64,000 bases of DNA from an uncultured Sphingomonas sp. (GCA_963521395.1 CAUQTY010000005.1:115354-179353); one strand, 5' to 3'; counted from the stretch's first letter, positions 28,852-38,834 are shown. The notes: a model not told the origin generated them from the letters alone. Numbers and translations: made by a program.

Positions 28852-30009
28852 CTATGCGCTCAGGACTGCGCAGCCGCGCAGATTGGCCCAGCCGCCGCCG
28901 GATTGCACCAGCGCCAGCTTGGCGTCCTTGATCTGGTTGTTCTCGGACTTGCCCATCACCTGGGTGGCGCCCTCGATCAGGCGAATAAGGCCAACCGCCC
29001 CGATCGGATTGGCGCCGAGACATCCGCCCGATGGATTTACCGGAATGTCGCCGTCAAGCTGCGTCGCGCCGCTCTCGATCAATTCGGCCGCCTGCCCTGC
29101 CGGGCATAATCCGAGGCTCTCGTAGTAGTTGAGCTCGAAGCAGGTGTAGGGTTCCTGCAGCTCCACCACGTCGAACTGCCGCCGCGGGTTGGTGATACCA
29201 GCCGCGCGGTAAACCTGCCGTGCCGCGATGGCGAGCGGCTCGGACTGGAGCAGCGAGCGTTCGGGTGCATTGTCGGCCTCGCAGCAATAAGCGATGCCCT
29301 GGATCCAGGCCGGCCGGGTCGTCGACTTGGCCGCTGCCTTTTCCGACGAAAGGACGATGGCTGCGGCGCCGTCGGAGATCGGCGGTACGTCCAGCAGCTT
29401 GATCGGCCAGGCAAGCGGCTTGGAAGCCATGACTTCCTCGACCGTCACCGGCTTCTTCACATGCGCATAGGGATTGGCCATGGCGTTGGCGCGGTTCTTC
29501 ACCGCGACCAGCGCAGCCGCTTCCTCCGTATGCCCGAGCACGTCCATGCGCGCCCGCCAATATGCAGCGGAGAACCCCATGATCCCGACGGCGAACTCGC
29601 GACCCCAGAATGGGTCGTAGAGGGTCGAAATGCTATATTGGAGCTGCCCTTCCGACAGTTTGTCGTATGCTACCACCAAGGTGCGTTCGGCAAAGCCGCC
29701 AGCGACCTGGTAGTAGCCCGCAAGCGCACCCGCGAAGCCCGCGCCACCGCCGCTGGTCACACGGACTACGGGCTTCAGTTGTGCGCCGATCGCATCGGCG
29801 ACCCACTTCTCCGGCTGATTGACCGCTGCGAACAGCACCGGGCCGGTCGCCACGACCACGCTATCGATGTCCTCCATGGTGAGGTTCGCATCAGCGAGCG
29901 CCCGATCCACCGCTTCGCGCACCAGGCCTGCCTGGCTGACATCCGTCCGCCGCCGCGCATGATGCGTCTGGCCGACACCGACGATTCCTACGTGCCGTCC
30001 CATCTTCAA
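28852..30009 (-). CDS. SCP-x-type thiolase-fold protein, Ltp3-like retro-aldolase subunit
   Basis: GVGQTHH..DVSQAGLVREAVDRAL resembles mycobacterial Ltp3; no catalytic Cys; GANPIGAVG in place of GHP. Confidence 0.8.
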   Translation of the reverse strand: MKMGRHVGIVGVGQTHHARRRTDVSQAGLVREAVDRALADANLTMEDIDSVVVATGPVLFAAVNQPEKWVADAIGAQLKPVVRVTSGGGAGFAGALAGYYQVAGGFAERTLVVAYDKLSEGQLQYSISTLYDPFWGREFAVGIMGFSAAYWRARMDVLGHTEEAAALVAVKNRANAMANPYAHVKKPVTVEEVMASKPLAWPIKLLDVPPISDGAAAIVLSSEKAAAKSTTRPAWIQGIAYCCEADNAPERSLLQSEPLAIAARQVYRAAGITNPRRQFDVVELQEPYTCFELNYYESLGLCPAGQAAELIESGATQLDGDIPVNPSGGCLGANPIGAVGLIRLIEGATQVMGKSENNQIKDAKLALVQSGGGWANLRGCAVLSA

Positions 30010-31109
30010 ACCTCAAGCGTCATGACGATGTTGTTCTGAAGGCCGACGCCGCTGGCGCCGTGGGCAATGCCCCGCGCCTCGCCGGATCCTTCGCGGAGTT
30101 GCCTCGCGGCCGATGCAAGCCGGAACAGCCCGGTGGCCATAATCGGGTCGGCGGGCAGCGCGCCGCCTGAGCGATTGATTACTGTTTCGCCGCCCAGAGC
30201 GGCCTCCAGTCCCTTCCCTGCGCCCGCGATCCCGAGCGCCTCCAGCACCATCAGCTCGGCCACGGCGGACGGCGCACTGATCTCCGCAAGGTCAGCCTTG
30301 GCATCGCCCCAACCGGCATTGCGAAGCGCCATCGCGCCCGCACTTTGGCAGGCCTTGAGTTCGGACGGATCACGGCTGGCAAGCGCGTGGCGATCCATTG
30401 ATGACCCGGCGCCGGTAATCCATACGGGAGCGGCCGAATGCCGCTTGGCGATGGGCTCATTGGCGATCAGCATCGCCACCGCCCCGTCGACCGGACGGGA
30501 CAGCATCAGCCTGGTGAGCGGCGCCGCCCCTTCGTCCGCGGAGAGAATGTCGTCGGCGCTCGGCAACTCGCCAAGCTCTACCCCGCCGAACTTTTGCGCC
30601 GCTTCCCAGCGAGCGGCGGTCAGCTCCGCCAGCCGATCAAGCGACGCATCATGCTTGGCGGCATAGCCTTGCGCCTGAAAACCCAGCGCGGCGCGCTGCC
30701 CGAAACCCACAGGGCGCTGATAGAAGGGCTCGACTTGCGTCGACCAGAAAGCGTCGACCGAACTTTCCGACGGCTTGGAATAGGCGACGATCAGACCGAC
30801 CCGCGAGGCGCCGGAGCGGATCTTGTTGACCCCGTAAAGGGCCGCAAACAACCCGTCATCCTCGACCCGAGCCTCTTCCTTGTGATGCGCACCGAGCGCC
30901 CCAAGGAAGCCGCAGTTCGAAATCGACCGGCCGTCGAGCACGTCGCTGCCGGAGTCGATGATGAAGTCGACGTCATCGATCGTCAGCCCGCTGCCCTTGA
31001 ACACGTCGGTCACGACGGCCGAGATCAGGTCGATGTGCTGAGCGCCGCTCCAGGCTGGTCGCAGTTCGGTTTGCGCCGATGACAAAACGGCGACGCGTCC
31101 AAGCCCCAT
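30006..31109 (-). CDS. Thiolase-fold protein, Ltp4-like subunit
   Basis: GGAGGAAGGA RBS then MGLGRVAVL; SGSDVLDGRS, EARVEDDG and INRSGGALPADPIMATGL resemble Ltp4; no catalytic Cys/His. Confidence 0.78.
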   Translation of the reverse strand: MGLGRVAVLSSAQTELRPAWSGAQHIDLISAVVTDVFKGSGLTIDDVDFIIDSGSDVLDGRSISNCGFLGALGAHHKEEARVEDDGLFAALYGVNKIRSGASRVGLIVAYSKPSESSVDAFWSTQVEPFYQRPVGFGQRAALGFQAQGYAAKHDASLDRLAELTAARWEAAQKFGGVELGELPSADDILSADEGAAPLTRLMLSRPVDGAVAMLIANEPIAKRHSAAPVWITGAGSSMDRHALASRDPSELKACQSAGAMALRNAGWGDAKADLAEISAPSAVAELMVLEALGIAGAGKGLEAALGGETVINRSGGALPADPIMATGLFRLASAARQLREGSGEARGIAHGASGVGLQNNIVMTLEV

Positions 31110-31184
31110 GGCGATGTTCCTTCCTCCCGGGCAGCGATGGCCCTCCACTATGAAATGTATCGCTCGCCGATCGATGTCAAAGCT

Positions 31185-31300
31185 TTTTTCGACGTTTTTT
31201 CGGAAAACTTATTGCGAGAAGATTGCGCGTGCAGCGAGCTTGGCATACTGTTCCAGCAATAGGAGAACTGCATTCGGATTTCCGAAGCCGTTTCGGGGAA
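31185..31300. promoter_or_regulatory. Two putative TetR operators in a divergent promoter
   Basis: TTTTTCGA-CGTTTTT-TCGGAAAA (31185-31207) and TTTCCGA-AGCCGTT-TCGGGGAA (31279-31300). Confidence 0.72.
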
Positions 31301-31313
31301 TGAGGGAACAGCG

Positions 31314-32354
31314 TTGAGCCTCGACGTTACTGGCAGCTACCGCTACCCGCCGCCCAATTCGGCGTGGCTAGCGCTGTGCACCGAGGCTGTGCTGGAACCC
31401 GATCTGCCGATTGTCGACGCGCATCATCATCTCTGGACGGAAGGCGGCGCTCCCTATCTCCTGGACGAACTGAGCGACGATCTCGCTAGTGGACACCAAA
31501 TCGAAGCCACGGTCTTCGTGCAAGCGCACTATGGTTACCGCCCCGACGGCCCGGTGGCACTCCGACCAGTCGGGGAGACTGAGAAAGTAGCATCGTTGCG
31601 AGCTGAAGCCCGGCGTCGAGGATCACGGAGCGATGTCGCAGCAGCGATCGTCGGCTTTGTCGATCTCACGCTCGGCGATGATGCGGCCGAGGTGATCGAA
31701 GCGCATCAGGCAGCGGCCCCAGATGCGTTCCGGGGCGTCCGCCACAGCGTTTCGCGCGATGAGCTGTTTCCGAACGGCATCGTGCTTCGGCCCGCACCGG
31801 CCGGGCTCCTGTCGAGCGACTCCTACCGTGGGGGCTTAAAGGCCGTAGAGCGCGCAGGTCTCAGCTATGACGCAATGCTCTATCATGGGCAGATCGACGA
31901 GCTCGTTGACTGCGCCCGGGCCTTTCCGAACCTTCCGATCGTCCTCGACCACTATGGCTGCCTGCTCGGGGTCGGGCCGTACGAAGGCCGGCGAGACGAA
32001 CTTATGGTCGAGTGGCGGCGTTCGCTGACCAGGCTCGCGGCATTCCCCAATGTCACGATCAAGCTCGGCGGGCTTGGCATGATCGTTTGCGGCGCTCGCT
32101 GGCACCTCGACGATCAGCCGCCCTCCTCGTCCATGCTGGCGGGTGACTGGCGGCCGATGTTCGACACGGCTGTGGACATCTTCGGGCCGGACCGTTGCAT
32201 GCTCGAGAGCAATTTCCCGGTCGACAAGGCCATGTGGTCGTATCGGACCTTGTGGAACACCTTCAAGCGGCTGACGATCAGCTTTAGCCCGAGCGAACGC
32301 GACAACCTCTTCCGCGGGACTGCGTCCCGCTTCTACCGATTGGCCCCGCAATGA
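31314..32354 (+). CDS. Amidohydrolase-family (amidohydro_2) protein; candidate lactone hydrolase
   Basis: IVDAHHHLW; RGVRH; IVLDH; KLGG; ESNFPVD; TTG start after GAGGGA. Confidence 0.88.
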   Translation: MSLDVTGSYRYPPPNSAWLALCTEAVLEPDLPIVDAHHHLWTEGGAPYLLDELSDDLASGHQIEATVFVQAHYGYRPDGPVALRPVGETEKVASLRAEARRRGSRSDVAAAIVGFVDLTLGDDAAEVIEAHQAAAPDAFRGVRHSVSRDELFPNGIVLRPAPAGLLSSDSYRGGLKAVERAGLSYDAMLYHGQIDELVDCARAFPNLPIVLDHYGCLLGVGPYEGRRDELMVEWRRSLTRLAAFPNVTIKLGGLGMIVCGARWHLDDQPPSSSMLAGDWRPMFDTAVDIFGPDRCMLESNFPVDKAMWSYRTLWNTFKRLTISFSPSERDNLFRGTASRFYRLAPQ

Positions 32355-33880
32355 ACCGTGCGCAGCACCTGTTTCGCCAGGCCGAGAGCCGTCCGACCCA
32401 CAAGGCGCTGATCGCCGGTGACCGGCGACTCACCTACCTCGAACTGGCCAAGCTCGTGACCTCCATGGCTGAGCGGCTGGCAGCGCGCGGAGTGGAACAG
32501 GGTGATCGTGTGGGTGCGATGATCCCCAACTCGCTTGACTTCATCATCGTCCAGCAAGCCCTTTTCGCACTCGGGGCGGTGTTCACCCCAATCAACATCT
32601 ACTTTCGCCATGACGAGCTGGAGCATCTAATCAGAAGCTGCGGGCTTAACCTGCTGATCCTGCCGGAGGAACTCGCCGACCGCGTGCACCCGCTACGCAC
32701 CCACCAGCCTGAGACCCTGCGGGACATCCTCGTGCTTGAAGATCACCTGCTCGCCTTCGCGGCGATCAACTCTTCAGCTGCTCCCCTGGCGCTGGCGGAT
32801 GTGAAGCCCGAAGACGCGGTGCTCATCCTCAACACGAGCGCCACGACCGGAAAGTCTAAGGGAGTGCCGCTCACGGCCGCCAATCTTGCCGCCAACTACG
32901 ATCGCACTCCGCAATGGTTGGGACTGAACGGCAACGACGTCGTCCTTTGCGCGCTTCCGCTCTATAACACCTTCGGCCTCAACCAGTGCATCAATGCGGC
33001 AATTGTGACCGGTGCGACCTTGGTCCTTGAATCACGCTTCGATGCTCACCGGGTCGCTGAAACCATCTACCGGGAACAGTGCACGTTCCTGCCTGCGGTC
33101 CCGACCATGCTCCAGAAGCTGCTCGATGGTCCCTCAAACAAGGCTTACCAGCTTCGATCGCTAAGACTGGTCATGACTGGCGGCGCTCCGGTACCTGCAG
33201 CGCTCCTTCGCCGCTTGAACGAGTTCACCAGCGGCCGGACGCGCGTTGTCACCGGCTACGGCCTCACGGAGGGAACGGCCCTCGTCACTCTGACCGATGT
33301 TGAGCTGGATGAGACCGGCGAGGTGCGACGCGGCGGCAGCATCGGGCGGGTGCTTGACGGTATGGAGCTCGCGATCCTCGATCCCGAGGGCATCGAGCTC
33401 CCCGCCGGGAACGTCGGTGAGATCTGCATTCGCGGCCCCAACATCATGAGTGGGTACCTCGACTCGCCCGAAGACAGCGCCATCGCGCTCGCTGGCGGCT
33501 GGCTGCACAGCGGCGACCTCGGCGTAATGGACGAGGACGGCTTTGTGACCATCGTCGACCGAATCAAGGACATCATCATCCGCGGCGGGCAGAACATCTA
33601 CCCGGGCGAAATCGAAGAGGTGCTCTACGATTGCGGCGGGGTTGCGGAGGTCGCAGTGGTCGGCCGAAGCCACGACATGCTTGGCGAGGTGCCGGTGGCC
33701 TATGTTGCGCCGGCGGCCGGCCTGCATCTCAATCCCTGCGCGCTGATCGAAGCCTGCAAGCAGCGCCTGGCGCCTTATAAGACGCCGGTCGAAATCCGCA
33801 TCCTTCCTTCACTTCCCAAGGGTCCGACAGGCAAGATTCTGCGTCGAAAGGTGCGCGCCGAGCACGAGCGCGCGGCGTGA
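32351..33880 (+). CDS. Acyl-CoA synthetase (long-chain fatty acid-CoA ligase family)
   Basis: NTSATTGKSKG; GYGLTE; WLHSGD; DRIKDIIIRGGQNIYP; TGKILRR. Confidence 0.92.
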   Translation: MNRAQHLFRQAESRPTHKALIAGDRRLTYLELAKLVTSMAERLAARGVEQGDRVGAMIPNSLDFIIVQQALFALGAVFTPINIYFRHDELEHLIRSCGLNLLILPEELADRVHPLRTHQPETLRDILVLEDHLLAFAAINSSAAPLALADVKPEDAVLILNTSATTGKSKGVPLTAANLAANYDRTPQWLGLNGNDVVLCALPLYNTFGLNQCINAAIVTGATLVLESRFDAHRVAETIYREQCTFLPAVPTMLQKLLDGPSNKAYQLRSLRLVMTGGAPVPAALLRRLNEFTSGRTRVVTGYGLTEGTALVTLTDVELDETGEVRRGGSIGRVLDGMELAILDPEGIELPAGNVGEICIRGPNIMSGYLDSPEDSAIALAGGWLHSGDLGVMDEDGFVTIVDRIKDIIIRGGQNIYPGEIEEVLYDCGGVAEVAVVGRSHDMLGEVPVAYVAPAAGLHLNPCALIEACKQRLAPYKTPVEIRILPSLPKGPTGKILRRKVRAEHERAA

Positions 33881-34746
33881 TTGAACGACGCAATCCCGTG
33901 CTCAGCGCGGGCATCTCCATCAACAGCTGGAGCTGGAACGCCGGCGCCGACCGGACCATCCTCCTGATTCACGGTGGCCGCGACCAGGCCCGCAGCTGGG
34001 ATTCTTACGTCGAGCGCATGGGCCCATCCTTCCATTTCGTCGCCGCCGATCTTCGGGGTCACGGCGACAGCGGCTGGTCGCCCGAGGGCAATTACAGCAT
34101 CGCCGACTACGTCGCCGACATGGGCGAGGTTTTGCTTTCCTTGCCCGGTCAGGTCTCAATCGTCGCTCATTCTCTCGGCGGCAACCTCGCCCTCCGCTTG
34201 GCCGCAATGTTCCCCGAGAAGATCGACGCGGTTGCCGCAATCGAATGTATCGAACTGCCCGAAGTGCGCGCCGCAGCCACGCGCTCGGTTGCCGAGCGGG
34301 CGCGGGAATGGTTCGACCAGCGGAAGTCGTTTGAGGGTAAGGCGCCGCCCTTCTATCCCGACCTTGCCGACGTCGCCGCGCGGCTGGCTCGACAATACCC
34401 ATATCTGGACCGGCCATTGATCAACCACCTCGCCCGCTTCAGCGTGAAGGAAGTGGAAGGCGGTCTCACCTGGAAGTTCGATCACCGCACCCGCTCGCGT
34501 CCGCCCCTCGACAGCGATGGGCGTGACTTTGATGCCATGCTCGGTTCGATCCAATGCCCTGTGCTGCTCTTCTATGGCGACCAGAGCTTCGTGCCCTTGC
34601 CGCAGGCCTGGCGCCTGGGGCTGCTGAGGCCAGCCGGCCTCAGACGCTACCCCGACACTGGACATTGGCTGCACCATCAGCAGCCCGACCGCTTCGCAGC
34701 GGACACCTTAGCCTTCCTGAAAGACCGGAGCCCTACCCTTGCCTGA
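33877..34746 (+). CDS. Alpha/beta hydrolase
   Basis: LIHGG; DLRGHGDS; AHSLGG nucleophile elbow; TGHWLH. Confidence 0.9.
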   Translation: MIERRNPVLSAGISINSWSWNAGADRTILLIHGGRDQARSWDSYVERMGPSFHFVAADLRGHGDSGWSPEGNYSIADYVADMGEVLLSLPGQVSIVAHSLGGNLALRLAAMFPEKIDAVAAIECIELPEVRAAATRSVAERAREWFDQRKSFEGKAPPFYPDLADVAARLARQYPYLDRPLINHLARFSVKEVEGGLTWKFDHRTRSRPPLDSDGRDFDAMLGSIQCPVLLFYGDQSFVPLPQAWRLGLLRPAGLRRYPDTGHWLHHQQPDRFAADTLAFLKDRSPTLA

Positions 34747-35944
34747 AGCTGCCATCGTCGCGACCGCTCGCACTCCCATTGGCAAGGCGCATCGCGGCGC
34801 CTTCAACGACACCGATGCGCCCGTCCTTGCCGGCCATGTGCTGAACACGGTCCTCGACCGCTCGGGCGTGGAAGCCGACCGCGTCGAGGACTTAATCCTC
34901 GGCTGCGGCGTGCAATGGGGCAGCAGCGGGTCGAACGTCGCGCGCACGGCTGCCTTCACGGCGGGTCTTCCCGACAGCGTCGCTGGAACCACGCTCGACC
35001 GGAAGTGCGGGTCCGGCCTCACTGCTCTCGCCTTTGCCGCCAGGTCGATCATTGCGGGCGAGAATGACGTCATGATCGCCGGCGGGGTGGAGACCATCTC
35101 CCACACTCGCAACGCGCACGCGCCGACCTATCGAGCCCAGGTCGACGCGGTGCTCGAACGCCAGCCACACGCTTACATGGCAATGATCGAAACCGCCGAG
35201 ATCGTCGCCGAGCGCTACGGCGTCAGCCGCGAGGCGCAGGACGACTGGGCCGCCATCAGCCATCAGCGCGCCGCCGCCGCGCAGCAGGCCGGGCGGTTCG
35301 ATGACGAAATCGTGCCGATCACCGTCACTCGAAACCTCGTTGCAAAGTCCGGCGAGGTGACCGGCCGTGAGGAGCTGACCCTGGCCCGGGACGAAGGCAT
35401 TCGTGGCGACACGACCGCCGAGACCCTCGCCAACCTCAAGCCCGTGTGGCGCGATGGCACGGTCGTCCGCGAAGGCCGCTTCATCACCGCCGGCAATGCC
35501 AGCCAGCTCAGCGACGGCGCTTCCGCCCAATTACTGATGAACCGCGAAGTGGCCGAGGCGGAAGGCCGCGAGATCCTCGGCCTGTATCGCGGCTTCCAGT
35601 CAGTCGGCTGCCGGCCCGACGAGATGGGCATCGGGCCGGTGCTCGCTGTGCCCAAGCTACTCCAGAAGCACGGGCTTCAGGTCGAGGACATCGGCTTGTG
35701 GGAGATCAACGAAGCCTTCGCCAGCCAATTCCTCTATTGCCGCGACCAGCTTGGCATCTCGGCGGACCGCATCAACGTCAACGGCGGCGGCATCGCCTTG
35801 GGCCATCCCTTCGGCATGACCGGAAGCCGTCTTGCAGGACACGCTCTCCTTGAAGCCCGCCGCCGCGGCGTGCGCTACGCCGTAGTGTCCATGTGCGTTG
35901 CCGGCGGGATGGGGAGTGCCGGCCTGCTGGAGATCCCGCAATGA
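34739..35944 (+). CDS. Acetyl-CoA C-acyltransferase (degradative thiolase)
   Basis: DRKCGSG catalytic Cys; EINEAFA; GHPFG; MCVAGGMG. Confidence 0.93.
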   Translation: MPEAAIVATARTPIGKAHRGAFNDTDAPVLAGHVLNTVLDRSGVEADRVEDLILGCGVQWGSSGSNVARTAAFTAGLPDSVAGTTLDRKCGSGLTALAFAARSIIAGENDVMIAGGVETISHTRNAHAPTYRAQVDAVLERQPHAYMAMIETAEIVAERYGVSREAQDDWAAISHQRAAAAQQAGRFDDEIVPITVTRNLVAKSGEVTGREELTLARDEGIRGDTTAETLANLKPVWRDGTVVREGRFITAGNASQLSDGASAQLLMNREVAEAEGREILGLYRGFQSVGCRPDEMGIGPVLAVPKLLQKHGLQVEDIGLWEINEAFASQFLYCRDQLGISADRINVNGGGIALGHPFGMTGSRLAGHALLEARRRGVRYAVVSMCVAGGMGSAGLLEIPQ

Positions 35945-36870
35945 GCCAACCCCAGCTTCGCTTCGACGACGATGTCGCAATCGTCACGGGTGCTGGACGC
36001 GGCCTTGGCCGGGAGCATGCCCTGCTGCTGGCGCAGCGAGGCGCCGCCGTGCTGGTCAACGACATAGACCCGGGCGAAGCAGCCGCAGTGGTTGCCGAGA
36101 TCGTCGACGGAGGTGGCCGTGCGGTCGCCAACAGCGATGACGTCTCGCAGCCGAGCGGCGCGCAAGCGATCGTCGCTCATGCTGTCGCGAGCTTCGGCAA
36201 ATTGACCATCCTCATCAACAATGCCGGCGTCATCGACTTCGCTCCGCTGGCAGAGATTACCGACAGTCAGTGGCGGCGCATGATGTCCGTCACACTCGAC
36301 GGTGCCTTCTACATGTGCCGGGCGGCTTGGACGGCCTTGGTGGAGGCGGGTGGCGGCGCGATCATCAACACCACCAGCAATGCCGGTTTTGCCGGCAACG
36401 AGCTGCTGGTGCACTACGGGGCTGCCAAGCTTGCCGTCGCCGGACTGACCAAGGCGCTGGCGCAGGAAGGCAAGCCGCTTGGCATCCGGGTCAACGCGGT
36501 CGCTCCCATGGCCGTGACCCGCATGAACCGCGATCACTTCTTCGGCGGCGCGAGCGTCGAAGGACCCGACTGGCGTGACGATATTCGCGGGGGCAAGGTG
36601 CCTATGGGCCCTCCTTCCGCCGTGGCACCGACCGTCGCCTGGCTCGCCCATCGCGACACGCCCGTTAACGGCCAAATCTACAGCAGTTCGTCTGGTAAGG
36701 TCGCCCGGGTCGGCTTTGTTATCGGCGAAGGCTGGTTCGACCCGCACCACACGCCCGAGGATCTTGCCGAACATGAGGTCCAGATCGATTCTCTTGAGTC
36801 CTTCTGTGATCCGCAATCCACGGGTGACGAACTCGCCCTCATCCCTCCCCTGTTCACCGAGCGAGACTGA
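35941..36870 (+). CDS. SDR, MFE-2-type (R)-3-hydroxyacyl-CoA dehydrogenase-like
   Basis: [44 protein letters not shown] coupling to the thiolase. Confidence 0.85.
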   Translation: MSQPQLRFDDDVAIVTGAGRGLGREHALLLAQRGAAVLVNDIDPGEAAAVVAEIVDGGGRAVANSDDVSQPSGAQAIVAHAVASFGKLTILINNAGVIDFAPLAEITDSQWRRMMSVTLDGAFYMCRAAWTALVEAGGGAIINTTSNAGFAGNELLVHYGAAKLAVAGLTKALAQEGKPLGIRVNAVAPMAVTRMNRDHFFGGASVEGPDWRDDIRGGKVPMGPPSAVAPTVAWLAHRDTPVNGQIYSSSSGKVARVGFVIGEGWFDPHHTPEDLAEHEVQIDSLESFCDPQSTGDELALIPPLFTERD

Positions 36871-37580
36871 TGCCCCAGAAGATATTTCCCGACGCCGCCG
36901 CGGCCCTCGACGGGCTGCTTCACGACGGCATGCTGATCGCCGCCGGCGGCTTCGGTCTGTGCGGCATTCCCGAGCGGCTGATCGACGCTATTGTTCAGAG
37001 CGGTGTCACCGGCCTGACCGTCGCCTCCAATAATGCCGGCATCGACAATGAGGGGCTCGGCAAGCTGCTGCGCACTCGTCAGATTGCCAAGATGATCTCG
37101 TCCTACGTTGGCGAGAACAAGGAGTTCGAGCGCCAGTATCTGTCGGGCGAGCTCGAGGTCGAATTCTGCCCCCAGGGCACGCTGGCCGAGCGGCTTCGCG
37201 CCGGCGGCGCCGGCATCCCGGGCTTCTACACCAAGACCGGCGTCGGCACGAAGGTCGCCGAGGGCAAGGAAGTGAAGAGCTTCGACGGCGAGGAGTATAT
37301 CCTCGAGCGCGGCATCCGCGCCGACCTCGCCATCATCAAGGGATGGAAGGCCGACGAGAGCGGCAACCTCATCTTCCGCAAGACCGCCCGTAACTTCAAC
37401 GCGCCCGCCGCCACCAGCGGCAAGATCTGCGTCGCCGAGGTGGAGGAGATCGTGCCGATCGGCAGCCTCGATCCAGACGCCATCCACCTCCCCGGCATCT
37501 ATGTGAAACGCCTGATTCTGGGCGCGCCCTACGACAAGAGGATCGAGTTCCGCACTGTCCGCCAGAAGGAGGACGCATAA
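36870..37580 (+). CDS. scoA: 3-oxoacid CoA-transferase subunit A
   Basis: [37 protein letters not shown]. Confidence 0.93.
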   Translation: MPQKIFPDAAAALDGLLHDGMLIAAGGFGLCGIPERLIDAIVQSGVTGLTVASNNAGIDNEGLGKLLRTRQIAKMISSYVGENKEFERQYLSGELEVEFCPQGTLAERLRAGGAGIPGFYTKTGVGTKVAEGKEVKSFDGEEYILERGIRADLAIIKGWKADESGNLIFRKTARNFNAPAATSGKICVAEVEEIVPIGSLDPDAIHLPGIYVKRLILGAPYDKRIEFRTVRQKEDA

Positions 37581-38215
37581 TGCCTTGGTCCCGTGACGAT
37601 ATGGCCGCTCGCGCCGCGAAAGAGCTGCGCGACGGCTTCTACGTGAATCTCGGCATCGGCATCCCGACCCTGGTCGCCAATCACATCCCGCAGGGGCTGG
37701 AGGTCACGCTCCAGTCCGAAAACGGCATGCTCGGCATCGGCCCCTTTCCCTATGAAGACGAGGTCGACGCCGACCTCATTAACGCCGGCAAGCAGACCAT
37801 CTCCGAGCTCCCCTCGTCGGTTTATTTCAGCTCGGCCGACAGCTTCGCGATGATCCGCGGCGGGCATATCGACCTGACCGTCCTCGGCGCCATGGAGGTC
37901 AGCCAGGACGGTGACATCGCCAACTGGATGATCCCCGGCAAGATGATCAAGGGCATGGGCGGCGCGATGGACCTCGTCGCGGGAGTCAAGAAGATCATCG
38001 TCGTGATGGAGCACACCTCCAAGAACGGCGACCCCAAGTTCATTCCCGAATGCACCCTGCCGCTGACCGGCCGCAACGTCGTCGACATGATTATCACCGA
38101 CCTCGCCGTCTTCCAGCGCCCCGATCACCAAAGCCCCTTCAAGCTGATCGAAACCGCACCCGGCGTGACGCCCGAAGAAGTGCAGCAGAAGAGCAGCGCC
38201 AGCTACGACGTCTAG
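37580..38215 (+). CDS. scoB: 3-oxoacid CoA-transferase subunit B
   Basis: [14 protein letters not shown] catalytic Glu; GMGGAMDL. Confidence 0.93.
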   Translation: MPWSRDDMAARAAKELRDGFYVNLGIGIPTLVANHIPQGLEVTLQSENGMLGIGPFPYEDEVDADLINAGKQTISELPSSVYFSSADSFAMIRGGHIDLTVLGAMEVSQDGDIANWMIPGKMIKGMGGAMDLVAGVKKIIVVMEHTSKNGDPKFIPECTLPLTGRNVVDMIITDLAVFQRPDHQSPFKLIETAPGVTPEEVQQKSSASYDV

Positions 38216-38253
38216 GACCGCCGAAGCCAACTTATCAGCATCCGGAGCAATCA

Positions 38254-38568
38254 ATGCATCTACTCGTCACCACTCGCGATGGCCAAGAGCACGAGATCCC
38301 CGCCACTGCCGGCCAATCTGTCATGAACAACATTCGGGATGCCGGCATCGACGAACTCGTCGCCCTGTGCGGCGGATGCCTTTCCTGCGCCACCTGCCAC
38401 GTGCACGTCGACCCGGCCCGCGCGGGCGATCTGCCCCCCATGTCACAGGACGAGGATGACCTTCTTGATGCCTCGACAACACGCGACGCTTACTCGCGTT
38501 TGAGTTGCCAGCTTCCTTTTACCGAAGAGCTCAACGGCCTTCGCGTAACCATCGCGCAGGAAGACTAA
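38254..38568 (+). CDS. 2Fe-2S ferredoxin (putidaredoxin/Arx type); probable P450 electron donor
   Basis: GGAG RBS, ATG 38254; [19 protein letters not shown]. Confidence 0.92.
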   Translation: MHLLVTTRDGQEHEIPATAGQSVMNNIRDAGIDELVALCGGCLSCATCHVHVDPARAGDLPPMSQDEDDLLDASTTRDAYSRLSCQLPFTEELNGLRVTIAQED

Positions 38569-38640
38569 ACGAAGCTCCGCGAAATCGTTGGGAAGTGCAC
38601 TCGTCCGTCTACAAGGGCATTAGCACGGCTTTCGCGAGCG

Positions 38641-38790
38641 CACTGCTACTGGTGGGAAGCGGAACGGCTGCTTTCGGAAGAGCACTGCCGGATACCCGAC
38701 GCTCGTTCATGCGGAGCGGCGTGTCGGCTTAGCGCCCCCATCGGACACGCAGACTTAGGCTGCAGGCTCCCTAAGCAGGCGTTCGTTCAG
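38641..38790 (+). repeat. Junction repeat, copy C
   Basis: 38650-38738 aligns without gaps to 49170-49258 (TGGTGG.AAGCGGA..CTGCTTTCGG..GAGCACTG.CGGATA.CCGACG..CGTTCATGCGGAG). Confidence 0.85.
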
Positions 38791-38834
38791 CAACCTGGCT
38801 CGTATCCCGATGTGCCGTGCCGCCAGCAAGGAGC

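Noticed and set aside
13465..31109. Cluster as a steroid degradation pathway
   Set aside because: Despite HSD-like SDRs and Ltp3/4, there is no KstD, Rieske Ksh, extradiol dioxygenase or HIP gene; the P450 and BVMO types point to bicyclic monoterpenoids
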